64,000 nucleotides of DNA from Pyrinomonadaceae bacterium (GTDB lineage: Bacteria > Acidobacteriota > Blastocatellia > Pyrinomonadales > Pyrinomonadaceae), in contig JBGSWW010000156.1 in NCBI GenBank assembly GCA_041751735.1, positions 29,330 to 93,329 of the forward strand, given 5' to 3'. The stretch's first letter is position 1. Each line of letters opens with the position of its first letter. A program made the translations under genes and the position numbers. Positions 36,000-45,495 of the stretch are shown in pieces. The notes under the pieces were generated by a model. It searched no databases. It was not told where the DNA came from and saw nothing but the letters and a program-made list of their open reading frames with translations.

Positions 36000-37841
36000 G
36001 TGACAAAAATGAAAATGATGCGGCGAACTCTCGTAGTTATCTGCCTGTTGTTCTGGGCAATACCCGTTGCCGGCCAAGGCGTGCCATCGGGAATGGATCT
36101 CTCTAATTACGGTATCCGTATCGAAGCGGACAAACGGCTGATAGTTGTACTGGCCGCGCTCGAGATGGCGGAACTTCAGAGTGCGTCGGGCAAAACGGAG
36201 AAGTTACTCAACACACCGCTCTCCGATAAAGGAAACAGTTTTAGAGAACTGCTGCGTCGTGAACACGCGGACCTTCCTGAAGATCTAAAACGAAAGATCT
36301 CGACCTTTGTCGTGCAGCATAAGAGGCTGCATCCAAGGTCCTCTGATGCTGAGGTGATAGCGCCGTTTATCTCAATGGCGTACGCGTTGACCCCCGTGCC
36401 GGAACTTGCCGACCCGGCGGTTGTGTCCGACCTCCCAGGCCCGCTGCTTGACGTACTAGATTTTGCCCCACTTGCCAGAGAGTTTTACCGACGGTCGGGC
36501 ATAGCTGCCCGACTAGATGAATATGCCAGGGGCTATGTGACCGATGCGGATAGCCGGCTACGGAGTTCGGCCCGTGAAATGGTGAGCGAACTGCTGGATT
36601 ATCTCCATACCAGACCGCAATTATCCATAACGGAAAAGATCAAAACGGAGACAAAAAGAGGCAAGGGTAAAACGATACAACAGGTCGAAACACGCGAACA
36701 GAATCGGAGCTTCGTGATCGTTCCTGAAAAGCTCGCTCCCAAGGGGAATGTTACTTTCCTGAATATCAGGGACGATTATTATGTGATCGTTCCGCCTGAT
36801 ACGGAATTGAATTTTTCCGACGCGCGACGGGCGTTTCTGCAGTATGTTGTCGATCCGCTAGTGCTTTCCCAGTCGAAGGAAATGGGTGCGATCCGCACCT
36901 GGGCAAAACCGATCCTCGACGAGCGACGAAAGACTGACAAGAATATTTCGCCGGACCTATTCCTGGCGGTTTCAAGATCACTTGTTGCGGCTGCGGACAT
37001 TCGCCAGATCCAGTACAGCCAGACATTAGCCGCCACTCAGTCCGCCCGCCTCAAAATGGATCAGATACAGGCGAATGCAGACCGGTCAAAAACCAAGGTT
37101 GACCAGGCGAAGGTTGACACGGAAAAAAGAGCCGTTTTCGCAGAACTTGAAAGGACAAAGCAGGTCCTCGCAGACGAAGCTGTTTTGAGGCTTTTTGAGG
37201 ATTATGAAAAGGGAGCAGTGCTCGCGTTCTATTTCGCTGAACAACTCAAGGGTATCGAGGAATCGGGCTTTGATATAGCGTCGTCATTGCGCGACATTCT
37301 CGCCTCGTTCGATCCCCAAAAGGAAACTGAACGTGTGGCATCCACGGCCGAGGCCCGCACCAGGGCCCTCACTGCCCGCGGGGCCCGCAAGACGGCACCC
37401 GAGAACCTTGCCATAGTCGAGAATCCGGTCACTCAAAGATTGCTTGAGATACAGAAGGTCATAGACGCCAAGAACTATGCAAAGGCCGAGGGCGACCTGA
37501 AACAGATAGTTGCGGAAGGATCAGCCGACCCTCGCGTCCATTACACGTTGGGGCGCGTAGCCAGCCTCGATGCCGCAACGATCACAGATCCGGAACTACA
37601 AGCAAAGAGGCTCCTGGATGCAAAGACCGCCTTCACGAACGTTTTACGTTCGGCAACCATCGGAACCGACAAGGCACTTCTTTCTTTGACCTATGTGTCA
37701 CTCGCAAGGATCTATGAGCACATGGACGATAACGGCTACGCGATCCAGCTGTATGACAAGGCCATCGAGCTCTCTGACGTGACAGGCGGAGCTTTCAACG
37801 ATGCCATGGCGGGAAAGCAGCGCCTTATAAAACGCCAATAA
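36000..37841 (+). CDS. secreted protein of unknown function with TPR-like C-terminus
   Basis: 613 aa with a signal peptide (LVVICLLFWAIPVAGQ). The C-terminal helical repeats look TPR-like (YAKAEGDLKQIV..., LARIYEHMDDNGYAIQLYDKAIEL). Confidence 0.6.
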   Translation: MTKMKMMRRTLVVICLLFWAIPVAGQGVPSGMDLSNYGIRIEADKRLIVVLAALEMAELQSASGKTEKLLNTPLSDKGNSFRELLRREHADLPEDLKRKISTFVVQHKRLHPRSSDAEVIAPFISMAYALTPVPELADPAVVSDLPGPLLDVLDFAPLAREFYRRSGIAARLDEYARGYVTDADSRLRSSAREMVSELLDYLHTRPQLSITEKIKTETKRGKGKTIQQVETREQNRSFVIVPEKLAPKGNVTFLNIRDDYYVIVPPDTELNFSDARRAFLQYVVDPLVLSQSKEMGAIRTWAKPILDERRKTDKNISPDLFLAVSRSLVAAADIRQIQYSQTLAATQSARLKMDQIQANADRSKTKVDQAKVDTEKRAVFAELERTKQVLADEAVLRLFEDYEKGAVLAFYFAEQLKGIEESGFDIASSLRDILASFDPQKETERVASTAEARTRALTARGARKTAPENLAIVENPVTQRLLEIQKVIDAKNYAKAEGDLKQIVAEGSADPRVHYTLGRVASLDAATITDPELQAKRLLDAKTAFTNVLRSATIGTDKALLSLTYVSLARIYEHMDDNGYAIQLYDKAIELSDVTGGAFNDAMAGKQRLIKRQ

Positions 37842-37886
37842 TTCTGCCTGTTCTTGTTTTTACCAAAGTCTGCTAACGTCATAGTA

Positions 37887-38786
37887 ATGGCAGATAATGG
37901 CTTTAGGAGTGGATACGTTGCGCTGATCGGCCGCCCGAATGCCGGCAAGTCCACATTGCTCAACCACCTTGTCGGACAAAAGATCGCCGCAGTATCCAAC
38001 AAACCCCAGACCACGCGACACCGTATCCAGGGGATCATCAACCGTAATCAGGCTCAGATAGTTTTTGTCGATACGCCGGGGGTTCACAAGCCCGGACACC
38101 TCCTAAATCGCAGGATGATGTCGGCGGTCCACGACGCAATTATGTCGGTCGACCTGCTGGTCCTGATAAGGGACGCATCGGTATCAACGGGCAATGGCGA
38201 TCGGTTCGTTCTTGACCTCGTCAAACGGTCGGAGAAGCCTACGATCCTACTACTGAATAAGATCGACAAGATAAAGGAAAAGGGCGAACTTCTGCCATTG
38301 ATAGAGTCCTACGCCAACGAATATGATTTCGCCGAGATCGTGCCGGTTGCCGCTTCGAAGGGCGAAGGTGTCGAGACATTTCTGGACCAGGTAACGAAGC
38401 ACCTGCCCGAAGGTGAGCCGATCTTTGGCAATGATGAGATGACCGACCAGCCTGTGCGAAGCATAGTCGCCGAGATGGTACGCGAAAAGATACTCCAATC
38501 AACAGGGGAAGAAATACCTTATGTAACCGCGGTTGTTACCGAAGTATACGAGGATACGGATCCGTTCCTCACGAGGATATTCTGTGCGATCTATGTCGAA
38601 AGACCGTCGCAGAAGAAGATCATCATCGGAAAACAGGGGGCTCGGATAAAAGACATCGGTACGAGGGCCCGTGCCGATATCGAAGAGCTATTGGGCAAAA
38701 ATGTGTTTCTTAAGCTGTTCGTGAAGGTCGTCGAGGACTGGCGAAATCGTGAACGAGATCTGGACGACATCGGAGTGCGAGAGTAA
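37887..38786 (+). CDS. era: GTPase Era
   Basis: G1 GRPNAGKST, G3 DTPG, G4 NKID. C-terminal KH domain (KKIIIGKQGARIKDIG). Start at ATG 37887. Confidence 0.95.
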   Translation: MADNGFRSGYVALIGRPNAGKSTLLNHLVGQKIAAVSNKPQTTRHRIQGIINRNQAQIVFVDTPGVHKPGHLLNRRMMSAVHDAIMSVDLLVLIRDASVSTGNGDRFVLDLVKRSEKPTILLLNKIDKIKEKGELLPLIESYANEYDFAEIVPVAASKGEGVETFLDQVTKHLPEGEPIFGNDEMTDQPVRSIVAEMVREKILQSTGEEIPYVTAVVTEVYEDTDPFLTRIFCAIYVERPSQKKIIIGKQGARIKDIGTRARADIEELLGKNVFLKLFVKVVEDWRNRERDLDDIGVRE

Positions 38787-39668
38787 ATGTCCGAAACTCC
38801 ACGTTCATGGTACGCGTTCGACGTTGTGGTTGAGGCGAAAGCAACCGAAGCGGTCGAATTCGCTTTTAATGAACTCGAGTCTTTGGGCACGGAGATCGAC
38901 AGCGTTAGAAAAAAATAGGGCGATCCGGTCTGCGTCACCGGTTTTTTTGACATTCAGCGCGATGATAGCTTGGTCAGAGCGGCTGTGAACGAGTCGCTGA
39001 GGATCCACGACATTCCACAGGACGCCCTCGTGTCCATTTCCTCCCGACGGGTTGAGGAAACCGACTGGCTCGCCGAGTGGAAAAAACACTGGAGTCCTCA
39101 GCAAGTGGGCCGTTTCACGATCGCACCGCCCTGGGCAGAAGTTGCGGTTACCGATCAAATAGTCATCAGGATCGAGCCAAATATGGCGTTTGGGACGGGC
39201 ACGCACGAAACAACGCAACTTTGTCTTAAAGCCATTAGCAATTTGTATCTGCCGGACCAGTCGTTTCTCGACGTTGGAACCGGAACCGGTATCCTCGCCA
39301 TCGCAGCTGCAAAACTTGGCGGCGACACGATCATCGCTTGTGACGTCGACCGCGATGCCGTGGCAATTGCCCGCGAGAATGCTATCGCAAACGGTGTTGC
39401 GGACAGGATCGAATTCACCGACGGCTCGATCAGCAGTGAAACGGCGGAACACGATTTTGTGAACGCGAATTTAACGCTCGACATCATCATCCCCCTCCTT
39501 CCGATCCTCGGCGGCAAAACGCGTAAAACGCTCGTACTATCCGGAATACTTGCCGAGCAGGAACAGATCGCGGTAAATGCGATGAAGGCTTCAGTTTTCA
39601 AAGATCTTCGGATCGAACGGGCGGGCGAATGGATCGCGATCATTGCGGAGCGGCCTAATTCGGCTTAG
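38787..39668 (+). pseudogene. prmA: ribosomal protein L11 methyltransferase PrmA, interrupted by one in-frame TAG at 38916-38918
   Basis: The ATG at 38787 abuts the era stop. The 43-codon N-terminal piece (WYAFDVVVEAKATEAVEFAFNELESLGTEID) looks like the PrmA N-domain. The same frame continues after the TAG into GDPVCVTGFF...DWLAEWKKHW...FGTGTHETT...DVGTGTGILAIAAAKLG. Confidence 0.75.
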
Positions 39669-41679
39669 GTATCGCGACCGGAATATCTCCGTCATCGGGG
39701 ATCGTGAGCAAAGGTGTACGCGGCTTTGGAAATATCCGCGGGGCTGCGGTTTTTAGGACCGGCGGACCCTTCGGCAGATCGACTGCCCGGGCCGATAGGC
39801 GTTCGGTCCGTTTTAACATAGTACCTCCTCGTCCCGCGACCCAAACGCGGTCACCGCCTCGATAAGCGATCGCCTGCAGCACCTTGCTGGTGATGCCCGG
39901 CTGAACTGACCACGTTTTGCCGCCATCATCTGTGATAAGCACGGTGCCCAACTCGCCTACAGCCACTGCCGACCGCGGTCCGAACGCCTGAACGGCAAAA
40001 AGATTAAATCTCGTCACAGATTCCTGATCCTGCCACGTTTTGCCTCCATCACTTGTGTAAAGGGTTATGCCGGCAGAACCGACTATGAATCCGTTTTTCT
40101 CATCGAAAAAGCTGAGTGCGTAGAGATTCTCGGTGATACCGGTCTGATAATGCTCCCACGTAGCTGCTCCATCTGCGGTCGTGAGGATCGTTCCCCGGGC
40201 TCCGACAGCTATACCGCGTTTATCATCAAAAAATTTCACATCTTCGAGCCACGTTCTCGTGCCGGAATCGAACTGCTGCCAGTAGGCACCTGCTGAATCC
40301 GTTCGGAGCACCATGCCATTCGCACCGACGGCGAAACCGATCTTTTCCGAGACAAATACGACTGACAAGAGGTCATCGTTAACAAGCGAAATACCTTTTC
40401 CCCAACTTGCGCCGCCGTTTATGGTTCTGAGGACGGTGCCTTTGTCGCCCACAACCCAGCCCTTTTGTCCGTCGAAGAAGAAGACCGATCGAAGGTGTTC
40501 CGAGGTGCCGGAAAAAACTGGCAGCCAATCGCGGCCCGCGTCGTTGGTTAGCCAGATCTTGCCGTTCGAGCCCACAGCAACTCCGATCGTGTTGCTCATA
40601 AAGAGAAGATCATTCACGTCTTCGCGACCGCCCTCGGACAGCCTCTGCCAGGTATATCCGCCGTCGTTTGTCCGTACGATCAACCCATTTTCGCCGATCG
40701 CCCATCCGGTATAGCGGTCGGCCATGTAGATCCCGACAAGCTTAGGGTTCGTTCGAACATTAAAAGGGAGCCAGGTGACGCCTCCGTCACCTGTTAGCCA
40801 AACCATTCCGTTCGCGTCGGTTATCGATCCATGCAGGCCGTCGGAGAAACAAAGAGAAAGCAGATCGGCCCGACTGTAAATGTTTACCCTGGTCCAGGTC
40901 TCGCCGCCGTCGTCGCTTCGCGTAACGCATCCGCCAAAACCCGCGGCGATGATAACGGATTCGTTTAGGAATTGGGCATCTGATACGATCGAACCGTTAC
41001 AGGCAAGTGACCTTTTCCAGGTTTCGCCGCCGTCGGCGGTGGTAACTATGGTGCCGCCGAGGCCGACGCCGACAGCATGAGCTTCATCCCTTGCGCTTAT
41101 ACTTAGCAGCTGCTCCGACGTTCCTGACGCTTGGGCTTTCCACGTTTCTCCGCCATCCGATGTTTTCAGGATCATTCCGTACGTCCCGGTGATCCACCCG
41201 GTATTTTTCAGTTCGCCCACAAATACGATCGATGAAAAATGGTCGCGCGATATGACGTCGACTAGCTTCCACGACTCGCCCCCATTCGCTGTCGAAAGCA
41301 CCGTTCCCCGTGCACCCACGATAAACGCGCTCTTTTCGTTCCTCAAAAACACGCCCGAGAAAGTGACACTCGTCGGGGCCGTCTGGGTCTTCCAGGTGAA
41401 GCCTCCGTCAAGTGTGCGAAGAATAGTATTATCCGAACCGACGGCAATACCGGTCAGATTATCGGGTGCAAAGTGGATGCCGTATAGCGGATTACCCTGA
41501 GGAAGCGGATTTTGCCAAACCCATCCATTTCCGTTTCGCTGGGCGGTGGTTGAGATCACGGCGAGCAGTATTGCGGCCGCAAGAAATAGCGGAACCGTGA
41601 AGCGGTTCAGTTTACGTGAGCCTTTCGGACCGATTTCAAAGTTGTGAGCCCGGATAAATGTTTTGGTCCCTACTATCAA
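39655..41679 (-). CDS. secreted BNR/Asp-box repeat protein (Ycf48-like double beta-propeller)
   Basis: Signal anchor. More than 12 Asp-box repeats (DGGFTW, NGGESW, DGGETW x4, DGGVTW, DGGYTW, DAGRDW, NGGASW, DGAATW, DGGKTW x2). Confidence 0.85.
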   Translation of the reverse strand: MIVGTKTFIRAHNFEIGPKGSRKLNRFTVPLFLAAAILLAVISTTAQRNGNGWVWQNPLPQGNPLYGIHFAPDNLTGIAVGSDNTILRTLDGGFTWKTQTAPTSVTFSGVFLRNEKSAFIVGARGTVLSTANGGESWKLVDVISRDHFSSIVFVGELKNTGWITGTYGMILKTSDGGETWKAQASGTSEQLLSISARDEAHAVGVGLGGTIVTTADGGETWKRSLACNGSIVSDAQFLNESVIIAAGFGGCVTRSDDGGETWTRVNIYSRADLLSLCFSDGLHGSITDANGMVWLTGDGGVTWLPFNVRTNPKLVGIYMADRYTGWAIGENGLIVRTNDGGYTWQRLSEGGREDVNDLLFMSNTIGVAVGSNGKIWLTNDAGRDWLPVFSGTSEHLRSVFFFDGQKGWVVGDKGTVLRTINGGASWGKGISLVNDDLLSVVFVSEKIGFAVGANGMVLRTDSAGAYWQQFDSGTRTWLEDVKFFDDKRGIAVGARGTILTTADGAATWEHYQTGITENLYALSFFDEKNGFIVGSAGITLYTSDGGKTWQDQESVTRFNLFAVQAFGPRSAVAVGELGTVLITDDGGKTWSVQPGITSKVLQAIAYRGGDRVWVAGRGGTMLKRTERLSARAVDLPKGPPVLKTAAPRIFPKPRTPLLTIPDDGDIPVAIPKPN

Positions 41680-42134
41680 AGTTCTTCAATGCCGATCTCC
41701 AGAACCGCCTCCTCAAGCAGTGTCAGATCGACCCTTCCCAATTCGGCCATCTTTCTTGCCATTTTGTCAGCGATCTCCTGGATCTCATGCCCCGCGTGGC
41801 CTTTTGTCCATTCCCACTTTATTTGATGCATGCGAGATGCATCGTCGAGACGCCTCCACCAGTCATGATTCGTCTTTCGCTTCCAAGTGCCGCCCATCGT
41901 TTCGACCACGTAACGGGAATCGGACATGACGGTTACGTTACATGGCTCTTTGAGGTTCTCTAGGCCAATGGCCGCGGCCGCGATCTCAGCCTGCTGATTC
42001 GTAGCATTTCCGAGGTATTCGCCCACCGCCTTCCAATATCCTTTGAAACCTAGCACGGCGACAGCGGCGGCACGCGTGATCCCGCGGCCGTTACCGAGGC
42101 TTGAGCCATCACATACGATCGTTACTTGCTTCAT
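41676..42134 (-). CDS. rnhA: ribonuclease HI
   Basis: 152 aa. Catalytic pattern CDGSS...NQQAEIAA...MSDSRYV...KGHAGHEIQEIADKMA (D-E-D-H-D). 17 nt downstream of the ATPase gene, with an AGGAA RBS. Confidence 0.85.
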   Translation of the reverse strand: MKQVTIVCDGSSLGNGRGITRAAAVAVLGFKGYWKAVGEYLGNATNQQAEIAAAAIGLENLKEPCNVTVMSDSRYVVETMGGTWKRKTNHDWWRRLDDASRMHQIKWEWTKGHAGHEIQEIADKMARKMAELGRVDLTLLEEAVLEIGIEEL

Positions 42135-42151
42135 TTGTTGGTTCCTACTCG

Positions 42152-44794
42152 TCAGCCGAGTGAGATCACGTTATCCACATAACTGTCGAACGTATCGTCA
42201 TGCGATATCACGATAAGCTGGTCAAAGTGCGTGATCCGGCTGATCTGCTGTCCTAGGTTATCGCGGCGTGCGGCGTCCATATTGGCGGTCGGCTCGTCGA
42301 AGAACGCGATCCGGATATCCGTTAGCTGTTTAAGCAGGCCGAGGCGTATTGCAAGTGCCGCCGCCATCTGTTCGCCGCCTGACAGGCTCATGAACGGCCT
42401 CTCATAGCCGCTTTCCTCAAGAGAAACCGAATAATCTTCGCCCCATTTCAGCGATTGTTCTGCGTTTCCAGAGATCTCGCGAAAGAGCTGATTTGCTTCG
42501 AGCGAGACATGATAAACATAGTTTCGAGCGACTCGGGGAGCAGCTTCCTTGAGCGTATCACGAATAAATGCCGTAGCCTCAGCGATATTCTCCAGCCTTT
42601 CCTTTTCGCGGAAATCCTCCGCCAGGGTCTTTCGCACTCCTGCAAACCGCGCGATCTCCGCGGCCAGTTTTTGTTCGCGCGTGCGGGCCGCGTCTAGCCG
42701 TGCCTCGGCGGAATGGAACGCGTTTTCCAACGCCCTCAGGGCTGCCCGCTCGGCTTCGTGTTCTTCACGGTCATACCCGGCCGCAGCCTTGGGAAGCGCG
42801 TTCTCGGCTTCCGCCAGTTCTTCAGCGATCCGCTTGTGCTCAGTCTCCGCAGAAATCAGCTCCGATCTACGTATAGCAAGGGACCCGGCCAAGGTTTCGT
42901 TGGCCAGGAAAATGCGATATGCATCAGCGGTCGCATCGCGTTCGGCGGTGAGAGACTTCCAGTTTTCGTCTAGCCCCAAATACGGCTCCATTTGCTCGAG
43001 CAAAATGTTTCGCTCGCTGGTCAGCCGCTCCAAATTACTCTCTGCCGTTGAAAGTCCCTCCCGGATAATCGGTTCGCGTTCGACCTCCTTTTCGGCAAAG
43101 CGAAGCCTGGCACGCGGGTCATGAAGCGCTTTGAGTTCTCCCTCGGCGATAGATATAGCATTTTCAATCTGCAGCAATTCTGACGCTGTTAGTTCATAAG
43201 CTGTCTTCTCGGCATTCAGCTTTTTCCCTTCAGCCGTCATTTCCGCTAGCCGCTGGGTATAACCTTCGATGGCGAGCACATGCCGCTCGGCTGATCTGGC
43301 TCCTGCGAGCGAAGTTTCGAGAGTAGTTCGTTTGTTTTCCAACTCAGCAATGTGGCCTCGCACCTCGGTAAATTGACTGGAGAGAAATCCCTGGAGAGTC
43401 TGACCTTCGGCGAGATTAAGGCATTTCTGTGAAAGAACGGGGCACAGACCGCCCTTGATCTCACTCTGGAACTTCTCGTCACGGTTAAGAGCCGCCCTCA
43501 TCTCTGCCAGATGCTGCATCAATTCAGCATTTTGTTTTTCAAGCTCGTTGAGATCGCCTGCACTGTTGACCTCTGCCTCAGCCTGCCGCTTTTTCTCGGC
43601 ATATTCCTTGAATGTGTCACGAAGCTGGGCGAGCTTTTGATCGACCTGTGCCCCGGCTGCCGCCGCAGAACGTGCATTTGCCGCCTTGTCGCGAAGCTCA
43701 TTGAGGGCCTTTTCCAGTTCCTCCTGCCGCAAAATATCGGGCCGGACGGCTTCGATCTCGGCGTGGGCCGCCTGGATGGCGGCTAGATCGGCTTCCAAAC
43801 GCTTCCTTTCGCCTTCCACGCTCGTGATTGCCGATTCGACCTTCGAGACATCGGCTCGTACCCTGTCGCGCTCGGCGCGTTCACGTTCCAACTCTTTGAA
43901 CTTGCCCTGGACCTCTAGATGCCGTTCGGCCGCAGACCTCGACGACTCCACTTTTGAAGCGGCGTCCTCCGCCTGTGTAACTTCCTGCCTCAGCTTCGCC
44001 GTTGTCATCTCCGATCGCTCGCCTTGAACGCGCAGCTGATCGCGTTTTCCCTTGAGCTCATTAACCTTCTTTTCAGTTTCGTCGAGTCCTGCAACGCGGG
44101 CCTGAACTGTGGCCTGTTCAGTTTTGTTTGTAGTAAGCGCGGCTTCCAGATCCTTTACCTCGACGACGAAGGTTTTATGTTCCTCCTCGACCTCCTCAAA
44201 CCGGGAAAGCTCGCCTTCAGATCGCGCTATCGATTCGCGGGCACTGCCGACGCTCTGATCGAGAAATCTGGAGGTTTCTCTCAGCTTTTCGGCCGCCTGG
44301 CGGTACTCTTCCACCTTAAGCAAGCGGTCAAAAGCCACCTTTCGGTCTGTTGCACTTTCGAGAAAGATCGCCGTGAGCGTGCCCTGGGGGACGCCGATCG
44401 CCTGGCGAAACAGCGACCTAAGATCGGTTCCCGGTTCGAGTCCGAGGTGCTGCCATAGAAAGCGAAATACTTCCTCTTTCTTGTCGGCGATCCTCATCCC
44501 GAGCCTTGGATCGGTTACGTTGTATGCCGTGCCTGTGTCACGAAACACGACATATTCACGTTCGTCCAGGCCGCTCTCGAAAGTGATCGTCACCGAGCCT
44601 TTCTTCTCGCCACGCCTTACAAAGTCCTCCTTTTTATATTCGAGCAGATCGAAAAGCACCCATGCGATCGCCTCGACGATCGTAGATTTACCCGCCCCGT
44701 TTGGCCCGGTGATAGCGGTCGTCCCCCGTGCCAGCTCGAATACTGACGACGCGTGCGATTTGATATTTTCGATCTCGATCCTGGAGATGTGCAT
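42152..44794 (-). CDS. SbcC/Rad50-like SMC-family ATPase
   Basis: 880 aa. Walker A ITGPNGAGKSTIVEAI. Long coiled coil. Central LCPVLSQKC. Signature LSGGEQMAAALAIRL. Walker B IAFFDEPTANMD. D-loop/H-loop IVISHD. Confidence 0.85.
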   Translation of the reverse strand: MHISRIEIENIKSHASSVFELARGTTAITGPNGAGKSTIVEAIAWVLFDLLEYKKEDFVRRGEKKGSVTITFESGLDEREYVVFRDTGTAYNVTDPRLGMRIADKKEEVFRFLWQHLGLEPGTDLRSLFRQAIGVPQGTLTAIFLESATDRKVAFDRLLKVEEYRQAAEKLRETSRFLDQSVGSARESIARSEGELSRFEEVEEEHKTFVVEVKDLEAALTTNKTEQATVQARVAGLDETEKKVNELKGKRDQLRVQGERSEMTTAKLRQEVTQAEDAASKVESSRSAAERHLEVQGKFKELERERAERDRVRADVSKVESAITSVEGERKRLEADLAAIQAAHAEIEAVRPDILRQEELEKALNELRDKAANARSAAAAGAQVDQKLAQLRDTFKEYAEKKRQAEAEVNSAGDLNELEKQNAELMQHLAEMRAALNRDEKFQSEIKGGLCPVLSQKCLNLAEGQTLQGFLSSQFTEVRGHIAELENKRTTLETSLAGARSAERHVLAIEGYTQRLAEMTAEGKKLNAEKTAYELTASELLQIENAISIAEGELKALHDPRARLRFAEKEVEREPIIREGLSTAESNLERLTSERNILLEQMEPYLGLDENWKSLTAERDATADAYRIFLANETLAGSLAIRRSELISAETEHKRIAEELAEAENALPKAAAGYDREEHEAERAALRALENAFHSAEARLDAARTREQKLAAEIARFAGVRKTLAEDFREKERLENIAEATAFIRDTLKEAAPRVARNYVYHVSLEANQLFREISGNAEQSLKWGEDYSVSLEESGYERPFMSLSGGEQMAAALAIRLGLLKQLTDIRIAFFDEPTANMDAARRDNLGQQISRITHFDQLIVISHDDTFDSYVDNVISLG

Positions 44795-44998
44795 TTGCGG
44801 AAGCTTGGAAAAACGTATCTTTCAAGTTTAGATCAATCCCGGCGAAAGAAAAAGACAATGACTGGAAGGTACAAAGTTCAAAGCCCAAGGTTCAAAGACA
44901 AGACCCAAAACCCAGCCTAATTCCAGACGCCAAATCCCAAAAAAACTTTCCAATTTCCAGACTCAATTCTCCATTTCTTCCCTCAAACGCACTGTTTT

Positions 44999-45338
44999 TG
45001 TCCCACTCCGGGACAGAAAAATCGCCATAACCCCCTGCGTGATGTGATAGTTGCCGGTTTTTGTCCTGTCCCACGCATTTTGTGCGGTTTAATACGAAGT
45101 AACACAACGGCGGATGACGGTAAATTTGTCGGGACCGGGAGCAACGGCGAACTGGGCTTAATTCCGCTGTTCTCTGCGGACGCGCAGTGAATATTGAACA
45201 GGGCAGCATCACAAAGAACGCGAACAATTATAAAGATCCTCGCGGCTCGAAAGACCAGGCACCCAATAGGCTAGCGTGTTTTTTAGGATTTCGGGTAGTC
45301 CATTTGGCGTGGTTTGTACCATTTGGCGTAAATGTCAC
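44999..45338. repeat. copy 2 of the paralogous non-coding element, ending in two 19-bp direct repeats
   Basis: TGTCCCA boxes at 44999 and 45067 (68 nt apart). Palindrome TGTCCC-actcc-GGGACA at 44999-45015. 35-nt core at 45269-45303. Repeats catttggcgtggtttgtac / catttggcgtaaatgtcac at 45301-45338. Confidence 0.75.
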
Positions 45339-45445
45339 GAAATAATTTTGATGAATTTGCAAACCCGATTCGCCGCAAAGTGACACATCCGTCATTCCGT
45401 TAGTTCCCCGTGCGATCAGACCGTAAGCGAATATGGCTATACAAG

Positions 45446-45470
45446 AAAAAAGGCCGCCTTTTGGGCAGCC
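45446..45470 (-). terminator. rho-independent terminator of the DUF4097-like gene
   Basis: On the minus strand: GGCTGCC caaaa GGCGGCC (7-bp stem, one G-U) followed by TTTTTT. Confidence 0.7.
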
Positions 45471-45495
45471 TTTTGATTGAAACGGGACGGGGGAA

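Noticed and set aside
38916-38918. In-frame TAG in prmA as evidence for amber reassignment or pyrrolysine
   Set aside because: TAG terminates other well-supported genes in the window (for example at 2375-2377 and 24930-24932). No pyl-type genes are visible. A mutation or sequencing error is more parsimonious.
39655-39668. 14-nt overlap of the convergent prmA and BNR-protein gene ends, and the zero-spacer convergent pair at 24932/24933
   Set aside because: Tail-to-tail overlaps of this size are common in compact genomes and need no special explanation.
4759-45338. Direct repeats 40 kb apart as att-like borders of a genomic island
   Set aside because: The intervening DNA is full of core housekeeping genes (trmL, mfd, lysS, nadB, aroKA, era, prmA, rnhA). 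It has no integrase, no tRNA and no overall compositional shift. The repeats are also only about 60-85% similar.
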